Shown: positions 10,436 through 18,760, counted from the first letter of the stretch. The stretch is DNA of 64,000 bases from an uncultured Clostridia bacterium (GCA_905235485.1 CAJOLY010000004.1:175-64174), one strand, 5' to 3'. Numbers and translations are program-made. Notes: a model not told the origin generated them from the letters alone.

Positions 10436-12100
10436 ATGCAAAAGAGTATAAATGGAACTATGCTAAGGAAGATGATGCTTGCTGGTGCATCGCTTCTTGA
10501 AGAAAATAAAAATTATGTTGATTCGTTAAATGTTTTCCCTGTGCCAGATGGTGACACAGGTACAAATATGAGCCTCACAATGAAAAGCGTGGCAAGTGAA
10601 ATAAATGATTGTACTGACAATACTATTGATTCACTAGCAGATGCTTTTGCAAAAGGCGCACTTAAAGGGGCAAGAGGAAATAGTGGAGTTATTCTGTCAC
10701 AGATTCTTAGGGGAATGAGTGTTTCTCTGCGTGAAAAATCACTCACAGAAATTGGGCCAAAACAATTTGCTGCAGCCCTCAACAAAGGTGCTGAAACTGC
10801 CTATAAAGCTGTAACAAAGCCAAAGGAAGGAACAATTCTTACTGTTGTTCGTATGATGGCAGAATGTGCTTTGAAACTTTCAAAGAAAAAGATTGACATA
10901 GATGATATGCTTAAGCAAGTTATTGAGCAAGGTGAAGAAACTTTGCAACAAACACCTGAGCTTTTGCCAGTTTTAAAACAAGCAGGAGTTGTTGATAGTG
11001 GTGGAAGAGGACTTGTTATTGTTTTTACAGGCTTCTATAAATCTTTGATCAATGACGAGACTTTAAAAATCAACTATGAAGAATTTGATAAAACTGCTGC
11101 AATAAGCACTTCAAATTATGAGTCAAACGAGGCAATCATAAATCTTGAAAATTTGGGTGATATTCAATTTGCATATTGCACTGAGTTTATGGTTATTCAA
11201 ATGAAAAAGAAAACCACGGAAGCAGATATTGACAAACTGCGTGAAAAACTTATGGAAATTGGTGATTGCGTTATTTGTGTTGGTGACCTAAGCCTTGTTA
11301 AAGTCCACGTACATACAAATCAACCAAATGTTGCACTTGGCTATGCTTTAGAGCTTGGAGAACTCACAAAACTCAAAATTGAAAATATGCTAGAACAAAA
11401 TCGAGCACTCAAAGCAAAAAGAGCCAAAATGGCTGAACTCAAGCCTTATGGTATTGTTAGTGTTTGTGCTGGCGATGGTCTTGAAGCACTTTTCAAAGAT
11501 TGTGGTGTTGATTATTGCATAAAAGGCGGTCAAACAATGAATCCTAGTGCAAATGACATTGCAAAAGCAATTGAAAATGTTCCCGCAAAAGATATTTATG
11601 TTTTGCCAAACAACAAAAACATAATTTTGGCTGCAGAGCAGAGCAAATCTCTTGTCACAAACAAAACAATTCATGTTATACCAACGGCAAGCATTCCAGA
11701 GGGGATTTCAGCTTGTCTTGCATTCAATCCAGAAACTACTCCTGAAGAAAATGAAACTCAAATGATTGATGCAATCAAGGGAGTGAAGTCAAGCAGTGTA
11801 ACTTATGCCGTTAGAAACACTGAAATTGATGGCTTTGCACTCACAGAAGGTGATATTATTGGTCTCAACGAAAAAGCAATACTTGCAAAAGGTCAAGATA
11901 TTCCAGAAACTGTTGAAAAAGTTATTGACAAGCAAATTGATAACGACATTATGAGCATAACTCTTTTCTATGGTGATGGAGTTAGTGAAGACGATGCAAA
12001 TAATCTATGTGAAAAATTGCAACAAAAGTACGAAAATTGTGAAGTTTCTGTTGTTAATGGTGGACAACCTGTCTATTATTATTTGATTTCTATGCAGTAA
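10436..12100 (+). CDS. yloV: DAK2 domain-containing protein (YloV family)
   Basis: The DAK2 motif region (FPVPDGDTGTNM) is present. 554 aa, paired with the Asp23 gene. Confidence 0.85.
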   Translation: MQKSINGTMLRKMMLAGASLLEENKNYVDSLNVFPVPDGDTGTNMSLTMKSVASEINDCTDNTIDSLADAFAKGALKGARGNSGVILSQILRGMSVSLREKSLTEIGPKQFAAALNKGAETAYKAVTKPKEGTILTVVRMMAECALKLSKKKIDIDDMLKQVIEQGEETLQQTPELLPVLKQAGVVDSGGRGLVIVFTGFYKSLINDETLKINYEEFDKTAAISTSNYESNEAIINLENLGDIQFAYCTEFMVIQMKKKTTEADIDKLREKLMEIGDCVICVGDLSLVKVHVHTNQPNVALGYALELGELTKLKIENMLEQNRALKAKRAKMAELKPYGIVSVCAGDGLEALFKDCGVDYCIKGGQTMNPSANDIAKAIENVPAKDIYVLPNNKNIILAAEQSKSLVTNKTIHVIPTASIPEGISACLAFNPETTPEENETQMIDAIKGVKSSSVTYAVRNTEIDGFALTEGDIIGLNEKAILAKGQDIPETVEKVIDKQIDNDIMSITLFYGDGVSEDDANNLCEKLQQKYENCEVSVVNGGQPVYYYLISMQ

Positions 12101-12193
12101 TATTTATCTATAATTATTATAAAAATATAACTAGTCCTTTCCGATATCTGCATAAAAAACTTGTATAATTGAAGTATATTATAATATAGCATT

Positions 12194-12225
12194 AAAAAAG
12201 TTAGCTCTGATGAACTAACTTTTTT
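12194..12225. terminator. bidirectional intrinsic terminator (yloV / small basic ORF)
   Basis: AAAAAAGTTAG...CTAACTTTTTT hairpin with an A-run and a T-run. Confidence 0.65.
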
Positions 12226-12230
12226 GAAAA

Positions 12231-12386
12231 CTATTTTCCACAATTTTTAGCCCTAGAAGTTTTTGTTTTTGAAGTTTTTGTTCTTGTTGTGCTTCCCATA
12301 CGGCTTGAAGTTTCCATTTTTGCTCTAGTTGTTTTTGCTCTTTTTTGAGCTGTTGAACTATTTGCCTTTTTTGATGTACTTCTCAT
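12231..12386 (-). CDS. small (51 aa) highly basic Ser/Thr/Lys/Arg-rich protein, not in the ORF track
   Basis: My own translation is MRSTSKKANSSTAQKRAKTTRAKMETSSRMGSTTRTKTSKTKTSRAKNCGK. GGAGGTG lies 8 nt upstream of the ATG and a terminator follows directly. Confidence 0.5.
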   Translation of the reverse strand: MRSTSKKANSSTAQKRAKTTRAKMETSSRMGSTTRTKTSKTKTSRAKNCGK

Positions 12387-12688
12387 AATAGTTTTCACCT
12401 CCTGTGACGTTAAGGCTTTTGCCTTACAGTAATAGTTTGAGTTTTTTGTTGTAAATAATACAAAAATAGCACAACTTTTATTGGTAAATTATTCTATATA
12501 TTTAGCATAATTTTCCAAATAAAGCTAATTTTATCATATTATTTGTATAGTTAATTTATATAATAACCTAAGTACTATTACTTTAAGATCATATAGCAGG
12601 AAAAAATAAAATTTTTTTTAAAAATTTTTTGAAAACACTTGATTTTTTATTCTATATATGATATTCTTTAAGAGTCAAAGGCAAATAT

Positions 12689-12765
12689 GGGAGTTTAGCT
12701 CAGTTGGCTAGAGCATCTGCCTTACAAGCAGGAGGTCATAGGTTCGAGTCCTATAACTCCCACCA
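12689..12765 (+). tRNA. tRNA-Val (anticodon TAC)
   Basis: Full cloverleaf: acceptor GGGAGTT/AACTCCC, D stem GCTC/GAGC, anticodon loop CTTACAA, T arm ATAGG-TTCGAGT-CCTAT, encoded CCA. Confidence 0.95.
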
Positions 12766-12783
12766 ATCCTTTGACATTTTTAT

Positions 12784-12859
12784 GCGGGAGTGGCTCAGTT
12801 GGTAGAGCGTTACCTTGCCAAGGTAAATGTCGCGAGTTCGAGTCTCGTCTTCCGCTCCA
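12784..12859 (+). tRNA. tRNA-Gly (anticodon GCC)
   Basis: Acceptor GCGGGAG/CTTCCGC, anticodon stem TTACC/GGTAA with loop TTGCCAA, T arm GCGAG-TTCGAGT-CTCGT, encoded CCA. Confidence 0.95.
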
Positions 12860-12861
12860 TT

Positions 12862-12883
12862 ACAGCCTAGTGGCTGTTTTTTT
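12862..12883 (+). terminator. intrinsic terminator after the tRNA pair
   Basis: ACAGCC-TAGT-GGCTGT followed by T7. Confidence 0.75.
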
Positions 12884-12987
12884 AAAAATTTTATATAAAA
12901 TATGTAAATAATACTTGACATTTATTTTTGTTTGACATACAATAAAAATGTAAAGTAAACTTTACAATTATTAAGGGAGATTTTGTA

Positions 12988-13314
12988 ATGGAAAGAGAAG
13001 AAATTTTGGAAAAAAGCAGCCAAACTAAAAATCCAGTCGGAGAAATGGAAAAAACAAGAATCAGCAAAAGTGCGGTTATATCGCTTATTGTCGTTGCAAT
13101 TTTTGCAATTGCGTTTATAATTATTGAAGGTTTACTTGGTCATTTATCGAGCGTATATGCCATTGCAACCTTATGCTACTTGTGGGCATCAGTATTTTAT
13201 ACTCTTCAATATTTTTTGGCAAAAAGACCTTGGCAAGTGCTTATTGGAGCAGTACTTGAAGGACTTGCGGGAATTTATTTTATGATCAGATTTATCCTAT
13301 ATGTGGTGGCATAA
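12988..13314 (+). CDS. small integral membrane protein (3 predicted TM helices)
   Basis: 108-aa ORF with hydrophobic segments. It is translationally coupled to the downstream HTH gene (2-nt gap). Confidence 0.6.
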   Translation: MEREEILEKSSQTKNPVGEMEKTRISKSAVISLIVVAIFAIAFIIIEGLLGHLSSVYAIATLCYLWASVFYTLQYFLAKRPWQVLIGAVLEGLAGIYFMIRFILYVVA

Positions 13315-13316
13315 TT

Positions 13317-13526
13317 ATGGATAATAAAATAGTTTTAAAAAATAATATAAAATTATATAGAACACAACAAAATATCTCACAAGAGGAACTTGCAAAAATT
13401 GTTGGATCAACAAGACAAACAATCATTGCTATTGAAAAAGGTCAGTTTAATCCTTCCGCAAAACTTGCACTTTTAATTAGTTTGGCGCTAAATGTTGAAA
13501 TTGAAAAGTTGTTTTACTTGGAATAA
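13317..13526 (+). CDS. XRE-family helix-turn-helix transcriptional regulator (YozG-like, 69 aa)
   Basis: NISQEELAKIVGSTRQTIIAIEKGQFNPS is a classic XRE/Cro HTH. Confidence 0.85.
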   Translation: MDNKIVLKNNIKLYRTQQNISQEELAKIVGSTRQTIIAIEKGQFNPSAKLALLISLALNVEIEKLFYLE

Positions 13527-13615
13527 CTTAAAGAGGCTGAAATAAGTGTTTCAGTCTTTTTTTTAAATCTACAGTGCTTGTAAAACTTTGTAAATTGTTA
13601 TATAATTAAATTAGT

Positions 13616-14158
13616 ATGAAAATTTATATAATGCGACACGGAACAACAGTTTGGAATGAAAAGGGTATTACTCAAGGGAGAAGTCAAAACAGGTTAAGTC
13701 AAAGTGGCAAGGAACTTGTTGCACAAGTTTCAAAAAAATTTTCTAGTAATAAGATTGATGTTATTATTGCATCTCCACTTATGAGGACTATGCAAACTGC
13801 AAATATGATGAATAGATATCACAATGTGAAGATTATCAAAGATAAAAGATTGATTGAAATTGACAAGGGAATTTTTACTGGAAGAAATAGAAATAGTTTG
13901 ACAGAAAATGAAAAGTATCTTAGAAGTATAAATGACCCTATTTGTAAAATGGAAACTTATGAGCAAGTTTTTGAAAGAGTGAAATTGTTTTTTGATGACA
14001 TTAAATCAAATTGTAAGTTTAAAAATATTTTGGTTATAACACACGGAGTGGTGGCAGGTTTTTTGGAAATTATTATAACTAAAAAAGAATTTGATATAAG
14101 TACAAAAGGAAATATTAAGAAATTTAAGAATGCAGAAATCAAAAATTTTGAAATATGA
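13616..14158 (+). CDS. histidine phosphatase family protein (phosphoglycerate-mutase-like)
   Basis: N-terminal catalytic motif IMRHGTTVWN and a downstream conserved His (ITHGV). Confidence 0.8.
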   Translation: MKIYIMRHGTTVWNEKGITQGRSQNRLSQSGKELVAQVSKKFSSNKIDVIIASPLMRTMQTANMMNRYHNVKIIKDKRLIEIDKGIFTGRNRNSLTENEKYLRSINDPICKMETYEQVFERVKLFFDDIKSNCKFKNILVITHGVVAGFLEIIITKKEFDISTKGNIKKFKNAEIKNFEI

Positions 14159-14162
14159 ATAT

Positions 14163-14186
14163 AAAGCACTATAATGGTGCTTTTTT
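14163..14186 (+). terminator. intrinsic terminator
   Basis: AAAGCAC-TATAATG-GTGCTTT plus a T-run. Confidence 0.7.
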
Positions 14187-14287
14187 GATTAAGTTTATTT
14201 ATAGTCAATTTTTGTTGCCAAGCCGGACTAATGTCACAGCTTTCTTGGGTGGAGATTTCACTCACTTTGTTCGTAGAAACAAAAAAA

Positions 14288-14307
14288 AGTAAGTATTGCT
14301 ACTTACT
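14288..14307 (-). terminator. displaced ancestral tRNA-Leu terminator just outside the distal att repeat
   Basis: AGTAAGTA-TTGC-TACTTACT (8-bp stem) is followed on the minus strand by T8. It lies 1-2 nt beyond the duplicated tRNA 3' end. Confidence 0.6.
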
Positions 14308-14308
14308 C

Positions 14309-14321
14309 TGGTGCCGAAAGC
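14309..14321. repeat. att core direct repeat (distal copy; duplicated tRNA-Leu 3' end)
   Basis: Exact 13/13 match to 18858-18870. Confidence 0.8.
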
Positions 14322-14360
14322 ACCGGCAAAAAATTCAAAAAAGTCAGTAACATGTAGCAC

Positions 14361-14422
14361 TTTGACACACTTTTTAGGGTATAAAATTAAAATTGTTTTT
14401 CAACCTGTTTGACACACTTTTT
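14361..14422 (+). repeat. two copies of TTTGACACACTTTTT (candidate integrase arm-type sites, distal arm)
   Basis: Copies at 14361-14375 and 14408-14422 have the same sequence and orientation as the triple tandem at 18721-18760. Confidence 0.6.
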
Positions 14423-15025
14423 ATCCGGTCCAATAAAATATATGTTTATCTTCCTAAAAATGCACTTATATTTTAAGTGTATTTTTATTTGAGTTAAAAT
14501 AATATTTTTTTAATATAAAAGTAAGTTAAAAATATCTAAAAATATAAAAAATCACTGTCAAATATTCCGTTAGTATAGATACAGAAGAAATTGCCTTTTC
14601 AAGGCCCTTTCTTTTGTATCTATTGAGTGTTAACATAGCGAATATTATAAGCTTTGTGATAGCATATTTTTTTTTGTCTTTGTGGTAGTATAAGTATAAG
14701 TTTATATTACAACTTTTTTAAAGTGATATTATCAGCTTGAGTAGTAGTTTAATATATGAGTTAACATTCAAGGCAGTCAGCGCACTTGTGCTTAATCTGA
14801 CTGCCTTTTTTGAGTTTGTCGATAGAGCAAACTAACTCCGTAACAATCAACAATTTTGTAAAATGTTTGTGAATTAGTATAAATTTTGCCCAATAAAAAA
14901 ATACATTGTACTACAAGGATGGCAAATAAGCAAGTTAATTAGCCAAGAAAAACACAATGTATTTTTATCAATTAACAAGTCATATAACAAAAGTTAGATT
15001 TTTATAGGTTGTTAACTTGTCAAAA

Positions 15026-15043
15026 GGTTGCGATGTCGCAACC
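15026..15043. terminator. bidirectional hairpin terminating the element's leftward operon
   Basis: GGTTGCGA-TG-TCGCAACC perfect stem flanked by CAAAA and ATTTT. Confidence 0.6.
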
Positions 15044-15141
15044 ATTTTCAGATAAGTTGCAAATCTTTTCAAAAGTCATAAACTAACTAATAGTATTATG
15101 ACAAAAATAAATGTTTGTCAACAATTTTTTGAAAAAAAGTT

Positions 15142-15801
15142 TTATTTTTTAAAAAAATTTTGTTCAACATAATTATTTTCTATCAAAATATATTTTAAAT
15201 TTGTTTTAAATTGTTCGATAGTTAATCTTATAAGTTCCCTAGTGACATTAAATTTTCTGCCAATATCAGCAAATGAATAACCCTCTATAAATAAATCAAT
15301 ATATGCTGATATATTATCAGCTTTGCGAATTTTTCCGAATTTTGTTAAGCAGTTTTTTTGCTTTGCTAGTTCAATATATTTTTTTAATGTTTCATAATTT
15401 ATATTTGATTCTACATCATCATTAGACGCAATATAATTAGCAAATGTACCATCATCATCACCTATTTCATAATCAAGTGATAAATTTGCTTGTAATTCAC
15501 CTTTTAAAATTTTGTTATGTTTTAATCCATTACCAAAACGAAAATAAGTACCAACACGAGAACGAAAAACACGAACAATATATGTAGCATAAGACACATT
15601 TTTTGATATATCAAATTTTAATCTATAATGTGGAGCATATGAAATAACATATGCGAAAACATCACTATACAAAGTTTTATTTATACAAATATTTTTAAAA
15701 AACTTATGTAAAGTAAAATATAAAAGCTTACAATCTTCTTTATAATTTTCAAGAGTGTAATTTTCATTTTTTAATGAAACTAGTTTACTACCCATAGTCA
15801 C
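15142..15801 (-). CDS. sigma-70-family-like protein (divergent regions 2 and 4) carried on the integrative element
   Basis: DVFAYVISYAPHYRLKFDISKNVSYATYIVRVFRSRVGTYFR resembles sigma region 2. The C-terminal LFIEGYSFADIGRKFNVTRELIRLTIEQ resembles the region 4.2 HTH. Confidence 0.5.
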   Translation of the reverse strand: MTMGSKLVSLKNENYTLENYKEDCKLLYFTLHKFFKNICINKTLYSDVFAYVISYAPHYRLKFDISKNVSYATYIVRVFRSRVGTYFRFGNGLKHNKILKGELQANLSLDYEIGDDDGTFANYIASNDDVESNINYETLKKYIELAKQKNCLTKFGKIRKADNISAYIDLFIEGYSFADIGRKFNVTRELIRLTIEQFKTNLKYILIENNYVEQNFFKK

Positions 15802-16070
15802 ACCATAACAGAGCTATAATTGATTTGTAAATTTGCACATTTAGTGTTATTATTTGTACTTTTATCAGCCATAAAATAACCAATAAGAAAGTTAATATCA
15901 ACCATAGCAGATTGTAAAGATTTTAAAACAATATTATTTGCAATCATTTGTTTGCTATCATCAATAATATTCTTGTTAAGTTCAGAAAGTGAACCATATA
16001 AAAGACTTAAATAATTACTAATATTTTGCAAATTATTAGATATTTGATTTTTGTTTTCCATAAAAAGCAT
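15798..16070 (-). CDS. hypothetical protein (element)
   Basis: 90-aa ORF in the leftward operon whose stop overlaps the next start. No recognisable motif, and the start is uncertain. Confidence 0.45.
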   Translation of the reverse strand: MLFMENKNQISNNLQNISNYLSLLYGSLSELNKNIIDDSKQMIANNIVLKSLQSAMVDINFLIGYFMADKSTNNNTKCANLQINYSSVMV

Positions 16071-16386
16071 TACTCCTTTTTAAATAATTTTTATCATTTT
16101 TGTTGTACAGTTTGATATGTAGCTCATCACACAGTGCGAATATATCCATTATTAAAAATCGATATTGTGTAATTGCATATTTCAGTTCAGTGTATGTTGT
16201 TTCAGTAATTTGTTTTTCTTCCAGCAGAGTATTTATAAGTTTGTAAATTGGTTGTTCAGCTTCTACTTCTTTTGTAAGAAAATAGTCTATAACTTTGACT
16301 AAATCATCACTTTTTGAATAATACAAAGCATTTTTATTTGTTTGAGTGAGTTCAACATTTTCCATATTTTCCATTATTCCTGACAC
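16036..16386 (-). CDS. hypothetical protein (element)
   Basis: 116-aa ORF in the operon. Alternative starts exist at 16374 and 16365. Confidence 0.45.
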   Translation of the reverse strand: MSGIMENMENVELTQTNKNALYYSKSDDLVKVIDYFLTKEVEAEQPIYKLINTLLEEKQITETTYTELKYAITQYRFLIMDIFALCDELHIKLYNKNDKNYLKRSNAFYGKQKSNI

Positions 16387-16723
16387 TCCCTTTTTCTCTT
16401 TGAGAAAATTGTTTTTTTATTTTCATTACTTTTTCAAATAGAAAATGTAATGTTGTGTAGTTAAGTATAGTCCAGCTTTTATAAAACTTGTAGTCAAGTT
16501 CATTGTCAAGATATGTATTTTTTTGAATAGCTAATATAATGCAGTGGCACATAGTTTCAAAAGTTTTTTTTGTTGATAGTGATTTGTTTAATCTGATAAT
16601 ATTTTGACCATAGTCAATAGTGGCATAATATTTTTTGTCAATGTCTTTGAATGTAATTACATAATTGAGTCCGTAAAAATGCTCATTTAAATTTACATAA
16701 TTGTTATTTTGAATACTTCTCAT
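16352..16723 (-). CDS. hypothetical protein (element)
   Basis: 123-aa ORF. Its start ATG overlaps the end of the small upstream ORF. Confidence 0.5.
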   Translation of the reverse strand: MRSIQNNNYVNLNEHFYGLNYVITFKDIDKKYYATIDYGQNIIRLNKSLSTKKTFETMCHCIILAIQKNTYLDNELDYKFYKSWTILNYTTLHFLFEKVMKIKKQFSQREKGSVRNNGKYGKC

Positions 16724-16856
16724 CCTTAAAACCCCCTTTTAAATAGTCGATAAGTTCGCCAAATGTCTCAATTCCTTGCATTTTGGCTAATTCACTGATG
16801 ACTGTCAGTGTATGGCAAATTTCTTCGATTTTGCCTTCTAATACGATTTTTGACAT
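16704..16856 (-). CDS. small (50 aa) first gene of the leftward operon, possible Cro/excisionase-like HTH; not in the ORF track
   Basis: My own translation is MSKIVLEGKIEEICHTLTVISELAKMQGIETFGELIDYLKGGFKDEKYSK. AAAGGAG lies 10 nt upstream, and the gene is divergent from the XRE repressor. Confidence 0.45.
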   Translation of the reverse strand: MSKIVLEGKIEEICHTLTVISELAKMQGIETFGELIDYLKGGFKDEKYSK

Positions 16857-16874
16857 AACTTTTTTAACTCCTTT

Positions 16875-16955
16875 TTACATAAATTTTATGTTAACAATTT
16901 AAAAATAACATATTCTATATGTATATGTCAAACAAATTACATAAATTTTATGTAA
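16875..16955. promoter_or_regulatory. divergent control region with two copies of the palindrome TTACATAAA-T-TTTATGTAA (candidate operators)
   Basis: Copy 1 at 16875-16893 has one arm mismatch. Copy 2 at 16937-16955 is a perfect 19-bp palindrome. The centres are 62 bp apart, between the divergent genes. Confidence 0.6.
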
Positions 16956-17028
16956 AAAATTTTAAAATTAAAAAATGATTTGTTTTTTTATAAAAAAAAT
17001 GTAAAATTCTTATAGGGGGGAAAAATAT

Positions 17029-17340
17029 ATGAAATTGTTAGAATTAAGAAAACAAAAGAAAATAACACAAAGTGAATTAGCCAAAATATTAGAAATTAAG
17101 CAACAATATTACAGCAGATATGAAAACAATCAAGCCGAGCCAGACATTGAAACACTTTGCAAAATTGCCGATTATTACGGAGTTAGTTTGGACTATCTTT
17201 GTGAACACCAGAGCAAAGCACTTGAATTGCCAGCAAATTTGAGCCAAGACGACAAACAAACTATATTTGCATATTTAGCTTTACCAGAGTTAAAAAAAGC
17301 CGTTATTCGTGGAGAAATAAAGGCACTTGCAATTATTTAA
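17029..17340 (+). CDS. XRE/cI-like helix-turn-helix repressor (element)
   Basis: KKITQSELAKILEIKQQYYSRYENNQAEPDIETLCKIADYYGVSLDYL is a canonical XRE HTH. GGGGGG is the RBS. Confidence 0.85.
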   Translation: MKLLELRKQKKITQSELAKILEIKQQYYSRYENNQAEPDIETLCKIADYYGVSLDYLCEHQSKALELPANLSQDDKQTIFAYLALPELKKAVIRGEIKALAII

Positions 17341-17723
17341 GAGTATTTATCTGATAACCCCAGCAAAGCAAGTTTGCAAGGGTTAAAAATATTTTACTCT
17401 ATCAAAGTTTTGTAAAATTTTTTACGTGTTTATCTCCCGTAAGGCATAAAGCACTAGAAAAATTTGACAAAACAACAACCGAGAGAAAAAAAGGAGTATT
17501 AAAAATAATGTATACAAAATTAGATGAAACATTTTTTTAATACAAAGCACTTACAGAGCTAGAAAACAGCGAGAGAAACAAAGTTGCTTTAATCAGCAAG
17601 CTTGAAATGGAAGTTGCCGAAACTATGGGCAAAATTAAAATATTTAAACAAGTTTGCGAGCAAGCACAAACACAAAATAAAAGTGTTGTTATACCTACAT
17701 ATTTACTACCAAAGGGGGAAAAT

Positions 17724-18725
17724 ATGAAAGGAATAACAAAAAGAAAAGACGGGCGATATATGATAAGACTTGCAATAGATGGGCAAAAAGTATATTATTA
17801 CGCAAGCACATTTGCACGAGCTAAAAAAATACTAGAACTTTTAAAGCAAGAGCAAAAAAAATACAAAAGAGAAAAAAAGCCTGTAAAAAGACCAACAAAG
17901 AAAAAAGGCTTAACATTTAATAAATTTGCTGATAAGTGGTTAGAAACTTACAAAAAGCCATTTGTTAATAACCGAACTTTTAGCGATATAAAATCATTTA
18001 TCAATAGAATTGGTAAAGAACTAGGCGATTACACATTAAAAGAACTTGACGCATTTATAATACAAGAATATTTTAACAAGTTGCCAAAAGGTAGAACAAA
18101 AGAGAAAATGTTTACTTATTTTAATTCTATGTTACAAAAGGCTTGCGACTTAGATATTATTACTAAAAATCCATTTAATGCAGTTGTAAAAGATAAAAAA
18201 GTAAAATGTAAAAGCAATGCATATACTTTTAGCGAACAAGTTAAAATATTACAAGCAATAAAAAATACTGATATTGAACACGAAATTTACGTTTATTTAA
18301 TGTGTGGATGTAGACCAAACGAACTACCAAAAAACAAAGACTTCGATTTTGAGAATAATATTATTAATATTTATGGAACTAAAAACGATAATGCAAAGCA
18401 TAGGCAAGTAGAAATGAGCAAAGTGTTTGCAGAATATATGAAAGAATATTTTAAAATTCACTACATGCAAAATGCAAAATATATATCAACTAAATTTATT
18501 GAAATTTGTAACAAGTTAAAAATTAATAAGCCTTTAATTTATAAATTAAGACACACATTTGCAACTAATCACTTTACACTAGGAACTCCAACAAAGCAAG
18601 TGCAAGAATGGTTAGGGCATAGCAGTATATCAATGACTTTGGATCAATACACAGATATTGATAAGACTGCAACAAAAGAAAAAATAAGAGAACTCTATAA
18701 CCATTTTTATTATGAAAAAATTTGA
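17724..18725 (+). CDS. int: tyrosine-type site-specific integrase
   Basis: The N-terminus MKGITKRKDGRYMIRL is a typical arm-binding domain start. C-terminal catalytic residues are in context (LRHTFAT, WLGHSSISMTLDQYT). AGGGGGA RBS. The in-frame upstream extension to 17607 cannot be excluded. Confidence 0.85.
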   Translation: MKGITKRKDGRYMIRLAIDGQKVYYYASTFARAKKILELLKQEQKKYKREKKPVKRPTKKKGLTFNKFADKWLETYKKPFVNNRTFSDIKSFINRIGKELGDYTLKELDAFIIQEYFNKLPKGRTKEKMFTYFNSMLQKACDLDIITKNPFNAVVKDKKVKCKSNAYTFSEQVKILQAIKNTDIEHEIYVYLMCGCRPNELPKNKDFDFENNIINIYGTKNDNAKHRQVEMSKVFAEYMKEYFKIHYMQNAKYISTKFIEICNKLKINKPLIYKLRHTFATNHFTLGTPTKQVQEWLGHSSISMTLDQYTDIDKTATKEKIRELYNHFYYEKI

Positions 18726-18760
18726 CACACTTTTTGACACACTTTTTGACACACTTTTTT
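18721..18760 (+). repeat. three tandem copies of TTGACACACTTTT (13-bp period) overlapping the int stop codon
   Basis: The tandem units start about 18722, 18735 and 18748. They share sequence and orientation with the two copies near 14361-14422. Confidence 0.7.

Noticed and set aside
14200-14285. GC-richer patch left of the element (GCCAAGCCGGACTAATGTCACAGC...), considered as a tRNA pseudogene or sRNA
   Set aside because: Only a 10-nt match (AAGCCGGACT) to tRNA-Leu is present and no cloverleaf can be drawn. It is mentioned under the element finding as a possible old scar but is not annotated.
18721-18760. Tandem 13-bp repeats as a possible CRISPR array
   Set aside because: The repeats are contiguous with no spacers, only three units long and only 13 bp each. 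No cas genes are present. No CRISPR array is visible anywhere in the window.
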